The notes under the pieces were generated by a model. It saw nothing but the letters and a program-made list of their open reading frames with translations. It was not told the DNA's origin and ran no database searches. A program made the position numbers and the translations under genes. This document shows positions 1 through 9,911 of a DNA stretch of 64,000 bases, piece after piece. The DNA is from Vulcanimicrobiota bacterium (GTDB lineage Bacteria; Vulcanimicrobiota; Vulcanimicrobiia; Eremiobacterales; Eremiobacteraceae). The stretch is from contig CAWETU010000005.1 of the NCBI GenBank assembly GCA_963812135.1, forward strand, positions 302,469 through 366,468, read 5' to 3'. Numbering within the stretch: position 1 is the stretch's first letter; the number at the start of each line of letters is the position of its first letter.

Positions 1-166
1 CTCGACCGAGATCAATCTGCGCGCGCTCGTGCGGCGTCTGGCGGCTTTCGCGCCGCGCGCCACACAGGACGGCTTCTTTGCAGCGGTGCTCGGCGGTTCG
101 CCGCTGCCGCCGCCGGTGGATTCGCTGCTCGAGTTCATGAAGACCGTCGGCAAGGATCTGACGTGA
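1..166 (+). CDS. 3' end of hypothetical protein (partial), paralog of the next gene
   Basis: Frame 2 reads STEINLRALVRRLAAFAP...PLPPPVDSLLEFMKTVGKDLT*, matching the C-terminus of 163..717; its TGA overlaps the next GTG. Confidence 0.8.
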   Translation, partial: STEINLRALVRRLAAFAPRATQDGFFAAVLGGSPLPPPVDSLLEFMKTVGKDLT

Positions 167-717
167 ACGACACGAGCGAGCCGCGCGAAGGGCTCAGCGT
201 CGAGATGCCGCCGCATGCGCGGCTGGCAGGTTTGGAATTCCAAGAGAGCGCGGGTGCACTGCGCGTCGCCTTCACCGATGGCGGCGAGCGCACGATCGCG
301 GCGGATCAGATCATCGCGTTGTGCGGAGCGAGCATCCGGACCGAGATGACGTCGCTGGCGGTCGAACAGAACACCTTCACCAGCGCGGTCGTCTTCCCGT
401 TGGGCTCGGCGCGCGTCCGGCTTCATCCCGCGCCGCAGCTCTCGTCCGAGGGAGCGATGCTTATTCTGGCGCTGCGCACGGCGCCGCCGAGCGACCTGCT
501 GTATCTCGTGGCAGACTCGTTCAACTTCCGCAAAGCGCTCGGCGGGGACGCAGGCTACTCGACGGAGATGAATCTGCGGACCCTGGTGCGCCGCTTGGCG
601 GCGCTCGCGCCCGGCGCATCGTGCGACGATTTCGTCATGGCGATCATCCACCGCGTGCCGCTGCCGCCGCCGCTGGCTTCGCTTATGGAGTTCTTCAAAG
701 CGAACGCCGCCGTCTAG
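163..717 (+). CDS. hypothetical protein
   Basis: 184-aa ORF, GTGA-coupled to the upstream paralog. Confidence 0.75.
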   Translation: MNDTSEPREGLSVEMPPHARLAGLEFQESAGALRVAFTDGGERTIAADQIIALCGASIRTEMTSLAVEQNTFTSAVVFPLGSARVRLHPAPQLSSEGAMLILALRTAPPSDLLYLVADSFNFRKALGGDAGYSTEMNLRTLVRRLAALAPGASCDDFVMAIIHRVPLPPPLASLMEFFKANAAV

Positions 718-1796
718 GCGGTCGCCAGCGCGTACTCTCGCTTGTTGAAATACGTGTCGCGCACGACCGGCGTGTAGCCGATTTGGCGGATGGCGCGCTC
801 CAGCTCCGCGCGGTTCGCGGTATTGGTGCTGCCCGCAAGCGTAACGACCTTTTCTTCCAAGATCGTGCCGCCCATGTCGTCGCAGCCGAACATCAAGCCG
901 AGTTGCCCGAGCTTGAGTCCTGGAGTCAGCCATGATGATTGCAGATGCGGCACGTTGTCCAGATACAGCCGGCTGATGGCCAGCACGCGCAAGTACTCGA
1001 GTCCGGTCGCCTCTTTGCCCTTGAGCGGCGTTTTGAACGGCACGTAGTACCACGGGATGAACGCGGTGAAACCGTTCGTCTCGTCCTGCAGCCGCCGGAT
1101 GACGTCCAGATGCATGATGCGCTCGGCATCCGTCTCGACCGACCCGAACATCATCGTCGCGGTGGTCGGCATCCCCAGGCGCTGCGCGATCCGCATCACT
1201 TCGATCCACCGATCGTCATCGATCTTGCGCGCGGAGATGCGTTTGCGCACGCGGTCAACGAGAATCTCAGCGCCGGCGCCCGGCAGCGACTTCAGGCCGG
1301 CTTCGCGCAGGGTCACCAAGACCGCCTCGATCGACATGCCCTCTTGCTTGGCGATGCCACAGATCTCGCTGGTCGACAGCGAGTGGATGTCAACCCCCGG
1401 GAAGCGCTGGCCGACCGCCTGGAACAGATCCGTGTAGTAGCTGATGGGAAGGTCGGGGTTGACGCCGCCTTGGATCATGATCTGGGTCGCGCCCTGATCG
1501 GCGGCATAGCGGACGCGCTCGAGCACCTGCTCGTGCGTCATGGTGTAGCCTTCGGCGTGGCCTTCGGGGCGGAAGAACGCGCAGAACGTGCAGTGCACGT
1601 TGCAGATGTTCGTATAGTTGATGGTCGTGTCGATCACGTACGACACTTCGTCGCCCGGGTACAGCCGGCTACGGCGCTCGTGCGCTGCCGCGCCGAGATC
1701 GTGCAACGGCGCGTCGCGGTACAGCGCGATGCCCTCATCGAGCGTCAGGCGCCCGCCATTGGCGGCCCGTTCGAGCAATGCTGCGGTGTTAGACAT
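714..1796 (-). CDS. mqnC: cyclic dehypoxanthinyl futalosine synthase (radical SAM)
   Basis: INYTNICNVHCTFC (CxxxCxxC), SLPGAGAEIL, TATMMFG, GCDDMGGTILEE; clustered with mqnA and mqnE; start set at MSNTAALL. Confidence 0.88.
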   Translation of the reverse strand: MSNTAALLERAANGGRLTLDEGIALYRDAPLHDLGAAAHERRSRLYPGDEVSYVIDTTINYTNICNVHCTFCAFFRPEGHAEGYTMTHEQVLERVRYAADQGATQIMIQGGVNPDLPISYYTDLFQAVGQRFPGVDIHSLSTSEICGIAKQEGMSIEAVLVTLREAGLKSLPGAGAEILVDRVRKRISARKIDDDRWIEVMRIAQRLGMPTTATMMFGSVETDAERIMHLDVIRRLQDETNGFTAFIPWYYVPFKTPLKGKEATGLEYLRVLAISRLYLDNVPHLQSSWLTPGLKLGQLGLMFGCDDMGGTILEEKVVTLAGSTNTANRAELERAIRQIGYTPVVRDTYFNKREYALATA

Positions 1797-2664
1797 CGTA
1801 GACGAACTCCGTCGTCTCCCAGGTCTCCGGGATTCGGAGCGCGGGGTCGAGGACGCCGCAGGCTTGCGCCAGGGCGCAGAACTTGCCGAAGCCAAGCTGG
1901 GCGCGCTCGTCGTACGAGTAGTTGAGCGCCTCGTAGTACGCTTCGTAGAATCCAGGCGGCCTTGGGCGCTGAGTTTGCGCGAGCCGGATGACGTCAGCCT
2001 TGTGCCGGCGCCCGTATGTCAGCGAAGCCAGCAAGGCGCGTTGTATTTTGCCGCTGCCGGCATCCGCGCCGGCCTGCATCTCTCGCTCCATCGTATCTTT
2101 ACGCATCGCCCAAACGGCGTAGACCATGTCGGCTCCGGTGAAGCCGTGCCACAGCTCGCCGATATCGTGAGCGTGTTCCGGATGGGCAAGCGCGGCGTCG
2201 ATCGCCGCGTCGCCGATGAGCACGCACGGCGTGCCGGTGCGTCGAAACTCCGCGAGCGGGTCGGCGCTTGGTTCGAAAGCCGGAGTGAACCCGTAGCCGG
2301 TGCGGCAGATGACGTCGAACAGCGCTCGTCCCGTCGCCGAATCGGTGGTCACCGCGATGGGCGCGCCGGCAAGCTCTCGCGGATGCGTGCGGCTGATGCA
2401 CTGGATGCTCTTGGCTTCGCGCCGCGAGCCGATGCACACGCCGCTCAACTTGACCAGCTCGTCGACGTGCTGCGCGTAGAAGAACGATGACACAGGACTG
2501 ATGTCCAGCTCGCCCGCGAGCAGCGCGCGGTTCAGCGCGCTCGGGACGTCGGCGTGCAGCGTGCCCGGGAATTCCAGCGCACCGAGATCGAACGCGGCGT
2601 AGACCGGCAAATCGTTGGTGTAGCTGATGCGCCCGCAGCGCGGGAGCCGTGCCGTCGCGTCCAC
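1789..2664 (-). CDS. mqnA: chorismate dehydratase / MqnA-MqnD family protein
   Basis: GRISYTNDLP, VPSALNRALLAGELDISPVSS, LIGDAAI, DIGELW, VYAVWA. Confidence 0.85.
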   Translation of the reverse strand: MDATARLPRCGRISYTNDLPVYAAFDLGALEFPGTLHADVPSALNRALLAGELDISPVSSFFYAQHVDELVKLSGVCIGSRREAKSIQCISRTHPRELAGAPIAVTTDSATGRALFDVICRTGYGFTPAFEPSADPLAEFRRTGTPCVLIGDAAIDAALAHPEHAHDIGELWHGFTGADMVYAVWAMRKDTMEREMQAGADAGSGKIQRALLASLTYGRRHKADVIRLAQTQRPRPPGFYEAYYEALNYSYDERAQLGFGKFCALAQACGVLDPALRIPETWETTEFVYDV

Positions 2665-2668
2665 GGTT

Positions 2669-3754
2669 CTAGACCGGTTCCAGGACGCGATACAGCAGGT
2701 TGCGCCGCGTCGGTTCGAAGCCTGCTTCCTCGATGGCGCGCTTGAGATCGGAAAGCGGCGTCCCTTGATCGGTCTTGCTGCCGGCGTCGCGATAGATGCG
2801 CTGCTCGTTGTTGACGGGGCCGTCGATGTCGTCGGCGCCGAAGTTCAGTCCGAGCTGCGCCATCTTGATGCCATACGAGATCCAGTACGCCTTCACGTGA
2901 TCGATGTTGTCGAGCATGAGGCGTGAGACCGCGATCGTGCGCAGGTCGTCGACGCCGCCCGTCCAGCCGTATTCATGCAGCTCGTTTTCTTCCGGATGGA
3001 ACGCCAGCGGCACGAAACACTTGAAGCCGCCCGTCTCGGCCTGCAATTCTCGCAGTAAGGCTAGGTGCTCCACGCGCTCTTCGAGCGTCTCGACGTGCCC
3101 GTAGAGCATGGTGCAATTCGTCTTCATGCCAAGCCGATGCGCGACGCGGTGCACTTCGAGCCATTCTTCGGCCGTCGCCTTGCGCGGGCACACGAGGTCG
3201 CGCACGCGCTTCACGAGGATCTCGGCGCCGCCACCGTTGAGCGAGGTGACGCCGGCATCGCGCAGCTGGGTCAGACCCTCTTCATACGAGCAACGCGCGC
3301 GCTTGCACATGTAGTCGATCTCGGCGGCGGTGAACAGCGCGAGTTGCACGTGCGGGATGCGTTCGTGCATCGTCGCGATCACCGGCAGCCAGAACTCGAG
3401 GCTCGTCTGCTTTGGATCGTGGCCGCCGACGATGTGCAGCTCGTCGTAATCGGCCGGCTCGGCGCACGCCTTCTCGAGGATCTGCTCGGCCGTCCAGCGA
3501 TACGCGCGCGGATCTTTCTCCCACGCCGCGAACGAGCAAAACTTGCAATCCGCGTAGCAGACGTTGGTGGTGTTCAGGTAACGCTTGAAGACGTAGTACG
3601 CTCGCCGGCCGTTTTTCTCGGTGCGCACTTCATGCGCGAGTTTGCCGACTTGGTGAAACGGCGCATCGGTGAACAGATACAGCCCCTCGGCGCGGTCGAG
3701 CGGCTCGTGGGCGCGCACCTTCTCGGCGATCGACTGGAAGCGCGTGTCGGGCAT
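2669..3754 (-). CDS. mqnE: aminodeoxyfutalosine synthase (radical SAM)
   Basis: TNVCYADCKFCSF, ELHIVGG, GGGAEI, TMLYGHVE, LDNIDHVKAYW, FGADDIDG. Confidence 0.88.
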   Translation of the reverse strand: MPDTRFQSIAEKVRAHEPLDRAEGLYLFTDAPFHQVGKLAHEVRTEKNGRRAYYVFKRYLNTTNVCYADCKFCSFAAWEKDPRAYRWTAEQILEKACAEPADYDELHIVGGHDPKQTSLEFWLPVIATMHERIPHVQLALFTAAEIDYMCKRARCSYEEGLTQLRDAGVTSLNGGGAEILVKRVRDLVCPRKATAEEWLEVHRVAHRLGMKTNCTMLYGHVETLEERVEHLALLRELQAETGGFKCFVPLAFHPEENELHEYGWTGGVDDLRTIAVSRLMLDNIDHVKAYWISYGIKMAQLGLNFGADDIDGPVNNEQRIYRDAGSKTDQGTPLSDLKRAIEEAGFEPTRRNLLYRVLEPV

Positions 3755-3766
3755 CGTTCGAGGCGG

Positions 3767-3791
3767 TTCGGCGCGCCGCGAAGCGCTGCCT
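3767..3791 (-). promoter_or_regulatory. candidate sigma-H-like promoter (AGG-N18-CGAA), leaderless mqnE
   Basis: Minus strand AGGcagcgcttcgcggcgcgcCGAA, then 12 nt to ATG; no Shine-Dalgarno. Confidence 0.55.
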
Positions 3792-3807
3792 GTGCGGTGC
3801 GGCTGTG

Positions 3808-6057
3808 CTAGAGGAGCGTTTGCGTGCGGTCACGCGGTGCGAGAATTGTCGCAAGATTCTCCATGTCCGCATCGCCGACGAGAATCTTGCGCGGCTTGGT
3901 CCCTTCGGCAGGCCCGACCACGCGGAATTGCTCGAGGATCCTCATGAGCCGTACCGCGCGCGGATGGCCGATCTTGAGCTCTGCCTGCAACAGCGCGACC
4001 GACGCCATCTGGCGTTCAACGATGATCTGCGCGGCGTCGAACGCGAGCTCATCCGCTGGGCCGCCCGAATCGTCTTCGAGCTCGGCCGGCGAGATCGCGA
4101 TGCGATTGTCCGGATCGCCTTGCTCGCGCCAGAACTCGCACAGGCGCTCGATCTCGGGGCCCGTGACGAGCGCGCCCTGCACGCGCAGCGGCTTGGGCGC
4201 GTCGATCGGCAAGAAGAGCATATCGCCACGGCCGAGCAGGCGCTCTGCGCCGGCCATGTCGAGGATCGTGCGCGAGTCGACCTGCGACGACACCGCGAAC
4301 GCGATGCGCGACGGGATGTTCGCTTTGATCAATCCGGTGATCACGTCGACGGACGGGCGCTGCGTGGCGATGACGAGGTGGATGCCCGTCGCGCGCGCGA
4401 GCTGCGCGATGCGGCAGATGCTCGTCTCGACGCGCGTCGGCGCGACGAGCATGAGGTCGGCCAACTCGTCGATCGCGACGACGATGTACGGCAAGCGTTC
4501 GTTGGGATGCGCGATGTTGTATTCCTCGATCTTGCGCACGCCGACGTGCGCGAAACGCTCGTAGCGCGCATCCATCTCTTTGGTCAGCTCGTACAACGCG
4601 CCCGCCGCGAGCTTGGGATCGGTGATGCAGTCCGTGATGAGGTGCGGGATGCCGTTGTATTCCGCGAGCTCGACGCGTTTTGGATCGACGAGCAGCATCT
4701 GCACCTGATCCGGCGTGCAGGTGGAGAGCAGCGAAGCCAGGATGACGTTGAGGCACACGCTCTTGCCGGCGCCGGTCGCGCCCGCTACAAGCAGATGCGG
4801 CATGCGCGTGAGGTCCGCGACGATCGGACGACCCGTGATATCCTTGCCGAGACCGAAGTTGAGCGTTCCCTCTTCATTGTGCACGTAGTCGAGGATCTCG
4901 CGAATCGCGACGGTCGAGACGGCGCTGTTCGGCACCTCGATGCCGACGGCTGCCTTGCCGGGGATCGGCGCCTCGATGCGCACGCTGTGCGCCGCGAGCG
5001 CGAGCTGGATGTTGTCCGACAACGATTTGATCGCGCTGACCTTGACGCCGCGGCCCGGCGTCATCTCGTAGCGCGTCACGCTCGGTCCTCGTTCGATGTG
5101 CGTGACTTTACCTTCGATCCCGAACGATGCAAGCGTCTCCTCGAGCAGCATCGCAGCGCTGGCCTCGCTGTGGACGCGCTTTTCGGGTGGATTGAAAAGC
5201 GCGAAGTCAGGCAGGCGATAGCCGCCCTCGGTACGAGCGGCGGGCCGCGCAGGTTTCGCGCGCGGTGCCGGCGTCGTGCCGGATGCCGGCGCTGTCGCTG
5301 CGCCCGCACCCACAGCAAGATCGGGCTCGACGAGCGCGACCGGCTCGAGCTCCGTTGCCGGCGCGGTTTCGTCGACGCGCACCATCAGGTCCGCGTGCGT
5401 CGGGTTTTCTTGCGGGATCAGCGCCGGTTCGGCGCTGCGCTCGGGCGGTGCGAGCTGCGCGCGATACTGCGCGGCTTCATCTCTCTCTTCCTTAGACTTG
5501 CGCAAAGCCTCGCGCGTCGTGTCGGCCAAACCGCCGGCAGCGGTCGCCACCGACGAGCCGATCGATCCGAAGACGCGTTTGAGCGAGATCCCAGTGGGCG
5601 TGACGATGCATGCGACGACGACGAATCCGAGCACGATGTCGGCGCCCGCCACGCCGAACAGCGCGGTCATGGCATGGGCGATCGCGTTGCCGAGCGCGCC
5701 GCCGGTGCCGGCCATGCCGAAGAAACCAGCGAGCGCGAGGAACGCGCCTGCGGCGCACCCAGCAAATGCCGCCATGATCTTCGGCACGTGTATCTCGAGG
5801 AAGATGATCGACGCGATGACAGCGAGCGCAACGACGGCCAACCATGCGGCGCCGCCGAACCACGCGTGCATGGTCGCTTTGGCGAATGCGCCGAAGTAGC
5901 CGGCGGCGTCCGCGCTGATCAACGAAATCGCAAGCAGCCCCGCCACGACGAATAAGGCGACGCCCAAGATCTCGAAGTTGAGGGTCAGACCCGGAAGCGG
6001 GTCAACCCGCCGCGAGCGCGCCGCTTTGGTGCGCTTCACGATCGTGGTTCTGGCCAC
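3808..6057 (-). CDS. ftsK: DNA translocase FtsK/SpoIIIE
   Basis: N-terminal TM segments, RIEAPIPGK, PHLLVAGATGAGKS (Walker A), IDELADLM, ATQRPSVDVITG, C-terminal gamma domain. Confidence 0.95.
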   Translation of the reverse strand: MARTTIVKRTKAARSRRVDPLPGLTLNFEILGVALFVVAGLLAISLISADAAGYFGAFAKATMHAWFGGAAWLAVVALAVIASIIFLEIHVPKIMAAFAGCAAGAFLALAGFFGMAGTGGALGNAIAHAMTALFGVAGADIVLGFVVVACIVTPTGISLKRVFGSIGSSVATAAGGLADTTREALRKSKEERDEAAQYRAQLAPPERSAEPALIPQENPTHADLMVRVDETAPATELEPVALVEPDLAVGAGAATAPASGTTPAPRAKPARPAARTEGGYRLPDFALFNPPEKRVHSEASAAMLLEETLASFGIEGKVTHIERGPSVTRYEMTPGRGVKVSAIKSLSDNIQLALAAHSVRIEAPIPGKAAVGIEVPNSAVSTVAIREILDYVHNEEGTLNFGLGKDITGRPIVADLTRMPHLLVAGATGAGKSVCLNVILASLLSTCTPDQVQMLLVDPKRVELAEYNGIPHLITDCITDPKLAAGALYELTKEMDARYERFAHVGVRKIEEYNIAHPNERLPYIVVAIDELADLMLVAPTRVETSICRIAQLARATGIHLVIATQRPSVDVITGLIKANIPSRIAFAVSSQVDSRTILDMAGAERLLGRGDMLFLPIDAPKPLRVQGALVTGPEIERLCEFWREQGDPDNRIAISPAELEDDSGGPADELAFDAAQIIVERQMASVALLQAELKIGHPRAVRLMRILEQFRVVGPAEGTKPRKILVGDADMENLATILAPRDRTQTLL

Positions 6058-6132
6058 CGCACAGGCGTTCGAGCCACCCCGTCCGCCTTCCCCCGCGCGC
6101 CTACGCGCTCGTCGCGGCTGCGAAATAGACTT

Positions 6133-6158
6133 CGGCCGAATAAAATTCGGCCGCTACA
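6133..6158 (-). repeat. REP-like palindrome, family 1 copy
   Basis: + strand cggccgaataaaattcggccgctaca = GTAG plus hairpin on the minus strand. Confidence 0.85.
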
Positions 6159-6163
6159 TCGAG

Positions 6164-7063
6164 CTACTTCGACTTAGGGTCGAGGGCGTCGCGTAGTCCG
6201 TCGCCCAAGAGGTTGAAGCCCAACACCGTGAGCGAGATCGCAAGCCCGGGGAAAAGCAGTGCCCAAGGAGCGTTGAGCCAGTAGTCGCGCGCGTCGTTGA
6301 GCATCGAACCCCACTCCGGCGTCGGCGGCTGGATGCCAAGACCCAAGTACGACAAGCCCGCCGAATCCAACTCGGCCGTCCCCACGCCCAGCGTCGCCTG
6401 GACGACGAGCGGCACGACGATATTCGGCAGCACGTAGCGGATCAAGAGCATGCCGGTGTTGTTGCCGACGGCCCTCGCGGCCTCGACGTATTCCATCTCC
6501 TTGACCTGGAGCACTGACGCGCGCGCGATGCGCGCGTACACGGGAATGCCGACGATGCCGACCGCGAGGAATATCTTCACGACGTCGCTGACGCGCTGGT
6601 CGAGGATCGCGGAGATCGCGATGGCCAGCAAGATGCTGGGGAACGCGAGCATCACATCCATCGCGCCCATCAGGACAGTGTCGGTCATCTTGCCCCAAAA
6701 TCCGGCGATCAGGCCGATCAACGTGCCGATGGCGAGTCCGATGCCCACGCTGATGAAGCCGATCTCGACCGAGAGGCGAGCGCCATAGAGCAGTCGCGTG
6801 AAGATATCGCGGCCCAGCTTGTCCGTGCCCGCCGGATGGAGCAGCGACGGCGGCAAGGTCGTGGCTGCCAGGTTCTGCGCAAGCGGATCGCGATGCCCGG
6901 AAAGCAGCGCTGCGAAGATCGCGCAGAAGGCGAGCGTGATGATGATCGTCAGGCCGATGAGCGCCGACGGGCTCTTGCGGAACCGCCGCCACGAGTCTTC
7001 GATCACGCCTGTGTGCGGCGTGTCGATCAGCGCTTCGTCGACCGTGAGGATCGCTTGCGCCAA
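6164..7063 (-). CDS. peptide/nickel ABC transporter permease (DppC/OppC family)
   Basis: HPAGTDKLGRDIFTR, EYVEAARAVG (EAA loop), LSYLGLGIQPPTPEWG. Confidence 0.9.
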   Translation of the reverse strand: MAQAILTVDEALIDTPHTGVIEDSWRRFRKSPSALIGLTIIITLAFCAIFAALLSGHRDPLAQNLAATTLPPSLLHPAGTDKLGRDIFTRLLYGARLSVEIGFISVGIGLAIGTLIGLIAGFWGKMTDTVLMGAMDVMLAFPSILLAIAISAILDQRVSDVVKIFLAVGIVGIPVYARIARASVLQVKEMEYVEAARAVGNNTGMLLIRYVLPNIVVPLVVQATLGVGTAELDSAGLSYLGLGIQPPTPEWGSMLNDARDYWLNAPWALLFPGLAISLTVLGFNLLGDGLRDALDPKSK

Positions 7064-7069
7064 CGGCGC

Positions 7070-8797
7070 TTAGATCTCCATGACCACCGGCACGATCATC
7101 GGCCGGCGCTTCGTGCGATCGTAGATGAATTTTTGCAGCCCTTTGTGGACGTGTTCGCGGATGGCGGCCCATTCGGTCAGCCCTTCGGACGAGCTATGTT
7201 CCATGATCTGCATGGCGGCACGCCGGATCTCCTCGAGCACGCCGTCGCGTTCGCCCGCGGCGCCGAACGTGAAGCCACGCGAGGTGATATACGGTCCTGC
7301 CAGCACCTTGCCGTCGGAACTGTCGACCGCCACGGTCACGACGATCATGCCGTCGTTGGAGAGATGTTTGCGATCGCGCAAGACGACTTCGCCGACGTCG
7401 CCGACGCCGAGTCCGTCGACATAGACCGGGCCGCCGTAGACGCGCCCTACTTTTTGCGCGCCGGCAGGCGTGAACTGCACGACTTCGCCGTTCTCCACGA
7501 CGAAGATGCGCGACGCCTCGACACCCGTCTTCTGCGCGAGCCCGGCGTGCTGGACGAGCATCCGATACTCGCCATGCACCGGCATGAAGAACTTAGGCCT
7601 GGTGAGATTGAGCATCATGAGAAGCTCTTCTTGGCAGCCGTGGCCCGAGACGTGCGCCATCCGCTGCTTCCCGTAGATGACGTCGACGCCGAGCTTGAAG
7701 AGATTGTTGATCGTGCGGCCGATGCTGCGCTCGTTGCCCGGAATGGGCGTCGCCGACAAGATGACCGTATCGCCGGCGATCAGCTTCACGCGGCGATGAT
7801 CGCGCGCCGCCATGCGCACGAGCGCCGACGTCGGCTCGCCTTGGCTGCCGGTGGTGCAGATGACGAGCTTGTTGGGCGCATAGTCGTCGATTTCGTGCTC
7901 GCGGATCTGCTGGCCGGGTGCGAGCGTCAAGTAGCCGTGCTCGATCGCGATGTTGGAGACGTTGAGCATGCTGCGCCCGACGAAGCACACCTTGCGGTCG
8001 TAGCGGGCGGCCGCGTCGACGGTCTGCTGCAAGCGCGGCACGTTGGAGGCGAACATCGTCACGATGATGCGGCCGTCGCAGTGCGCGAAGATGTCGTTGA
8101 ACGCCTCGCCGACGACGCGCTCGGACGGCGTGTGGCCCGGCGTCTCGGCGTTGGTCGAATCCGAGCACAGCAAGAGCACGCCTTGCTCGCCATACTGCGC
8201 GAGCGTCGCGATGTCCGACGGCCGCCCATCGATCGGCGTCTGATCGAACTTGAAATCACCCGTGTGGACGACGACGCCGAGCGGCGTGCGCAGCGCGATC
8301 GAACACGAACCCGCAACGCTGTGCGTGATCGAGATGAAATCGGCGCTGAACGAGCCCAGCACGATCTTCTCGCCCGGCTCGATGACGTGCAGATCCGCGC
8401 GGTCGAGGAGCTTGTGCTCTTTGAGCTTGCCGCGAAGGAGCGCGATCGTGACGTCAGTGCCGAACACCGGCACGTTGAGCTGCGCGAGGAAATAAGCGAC
8501 GCCGCCGATGTGATCCTCGTGCGCGTGCGTCAGCAGCAATCCGCGCACTTTGGCGCGGCGCTCGATCAGATACGAGATATCGTTGATGACCAGATCGACG
8601 CCCAGCATCTCCTCTTCCGGGAACTGGACGCCGGCGTCGACGACGACGATGTCGTCGTTGGTCTCGTAGACCGACATGTTGCGGCCGATCTCGCCGCAAC
8701 CGCCGAGCGGGAACACCCGCAAATATGGCCCCGGAGGGGCGGGAGCCAACGCCTCTTCGCCATCGCGCGGCGAGACGGGAAAGTACTCGTGTTGCAT
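7070..8797 (-). CDS. rnj: ribonuclease J
   Basis: PLGGCGEIGRNM, THAHEDHIG, GDFKFDQTP, TGSQGEP, HVSGHG, PVHGEYRM. Confidence 0.95.
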   Translation of the reverse strand: MQHEYFPVSPRDGEEALAPAPPGPYLRVFPLGGCGEIGRNMSVYETNDDIVVVDAGVQFPEEEMLGVDLVINDISYLIERRAKVRGLLLTHAHEDHIGGVAYFLAQLNVPVFGTDVTIALLRGKLKEHKLLDRADLHVIEPGEKIVLGSFSADFISITHSVAGSCSIALRTPLGVVVHTGDFKFDQTPIDGRPSDIATLAQYGEQGVLLLCSDSTNAETPGHTPSERVVGEAFNDIFAHCDGRIIVTMFASNVPRLQQTVDAAARYDRKVCFVGRSMLNVSNIAIEHGYLTLAPGQQIREHEIDDYAPNKLVICTTGSQGEPTSALVRMAARDHRRVKLIAGDTVILSATPIPGNERSIGRTINNLFKLGVDVIYGKQRMAHVSGHGCQEELLMMLNLTRPKFFMPVHGEYRMLVQHAGLAQKTGVEASRIFVVENGEVVQFTPAGAQKVGRVYGGPVYVDGLGVGDVGEVVLRDRKHLSNDGMIVVTVAVDSSDGKVLAGPYITSRGFTFGAAGERDGVLEEIRRAAMQIMEHSSSEGLTEWAAIREHVHKGLQKFIYDRTKRRPMIVPVVMEI

Positions 8798-8870
8798 ATC
8801 TCGTCAACACTTAAGGCGCGAGGCGCATGGGGCCTGCCCTTACGCGCGTGTCGAGATGCCGCGCTGGAGA

Positions 8871-9404
8871 CTAATCCGCTAGCAAGATCGCAGACCAGGT
8901 CGCCGAGACCGGATGACCTCGGGACGGGCAAAGCATATCGATACTGCGCGACGCACCTGGTTCGAGCGCATCGAGCGCGGTGCTCGCGCGCAGTTCGTCG
9001 CCGCTTTGCGTATGCAGGTGCACGGTCAGCACCGGCGCGATGCGCGCCTTCGACGTGTTGCGCACGGTGGTGCGCACGATCGGACTGCCGAGAAAATCCA
9101 CCGTGACCGATGTCGGTCCGATCACGATGCCGCCGCCGATGTCCGAGACCGCATTGTCTTCGAATAGCGGCGACTCGGTGTGCGTCTTCGCGAGAAACTC
9201 GAACAACATCGCCTGGCGCCGCTCGAACATCTTGATGCGGGCGAGGCGGACAAGGCGGCGACGCAGGGCGCGCTCTTGCATGACGGACGGACCCACCGAG
9301 ACAGCGGCTGCCGGCGGGTGCGAAGGCTTCCTTCTATAGTCATTGCGTGGGTGCGCGCACAGCGCGCACGCGAGCGCGGCGGCGATGACGATCATGCCCG
9401 CCAT
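8871..9404 (-). CDS. hypothetical exported protein, possible C-terminal Ig-like (FxLYD-like) domain
   Basis: Hydrophobic N-terminus; VRTTVRNTS...LEPGASRSIDM pattern. Confidence 0.55.
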   Translation of the reverse strand: MAGMIVIAAALACALCAHPRNDYRRKPSHPPAAAVSVGPSVMQERALRRRLVRLARIKMFERRQAMLFEFLAKTHTESPLFEDNAVSDIGGGIVIGPTSVTVDFLGSPIVRTTVRNTSKARIAPVLTVHLHTQSGDELRASTALDALEPGASRSIDMLCPSRGHPVSATWSAILLAD

Positions 9405-9435
9405 ATCCCGCGCACATCGGGGGCCGTCAAGGACC

Positions 9436-9465
9436 TTGACAGTCGCGACAAACGCCCGCTATACT
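9436..9465 (+). promoter_or_regulatory. sigma70-type promoter of the GntR operon
   Basis: TTGACA (9436-9441), 18 nt, TATACT (9460-9465). Confidence 0.8.
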
Positions 9466-9496
9466 TGTCTCAAACCACTAGGACAATGAGACAAGT
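9463..9496. promoter_or_regulatory. inverted-repeat operator, probably for the YtrA-family GntR
   Basis: Perfect ACTTGTCTCA-N14-TGAGACAAGT overlapping the -10 and the likely start site. Confidence 0.7.
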
Positions 9497-9518
9497 TCCC
9501 ACGACGGATCGGACCTGA

Positions 9519-9911
9519 ATGAATTTCCACGTCGAAGGCACGAGCGGCATGCCGGTCTACCTTCAGCTGAAGGAACAGATCTTGCACGCGATCGCGCGCG
9601 GCAAACTGAAATCCGGGGATCAGCTGCCGACCGTGCGCGAAGTCGCGGTTGAGCTCACCATCAATCCCAATACGGTCAACCGGGCGTATGCCGAGCTCGA
9701 GCGCGAAGGCCTGCTGTCGAGCCGTCGCGGCCGCGGCACGTTCGTCTCCGAGACGAGCAAGCGCGCGGACGTCTCGTCGCAGGAAGCGCGCCTGGTGGAT
9801 ATCGCCCGGCGGGCGCTCGGCGAGGCGCGTTCCTACGGGTTCACGGCGCGGGATATGCTGAGCGCCGTCGCGCAGGTCGCGCGCCAGGACAGGCGCGAGG
9901 GCGGCAGATGA
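9519..9911 (+). CDS. GntR family regulator, YtrA subfamily
   Basis: PVYLQLKEQI, GDQLPTVREVA, INPNTVNRAYAELE, GRGTFV; short C-terminus. Confidence 0.92.
   Translation: MNFHVEGTSGMPVYLQLKEQILHAIARGKLKSGDQLPTVREVAVELTINPNTVNRAYAELEREGLLSSRRGRGTFVSETSKRADVSSQEARLVDIARRALGEARSYGFTARDMLSAVAQVARQDRREGGR

Noticed and set aside
8818..8845. GTAAGGGCAGGCCCCATGCGCCT upstream of rnj as another REP-type element
   Set aside because: Single degenerate copy, GTAA rather than GTAG, weak stem.
3805..9106. Long plus-strand ORFs (3805..5955, 6836..9106) and similar ones such as 19690..21447, 45895..47001 and 59392..60696
   Set aside because: Antisense shadows of well-supported genes, expected in high-GC DNA; no recognisable motifs.
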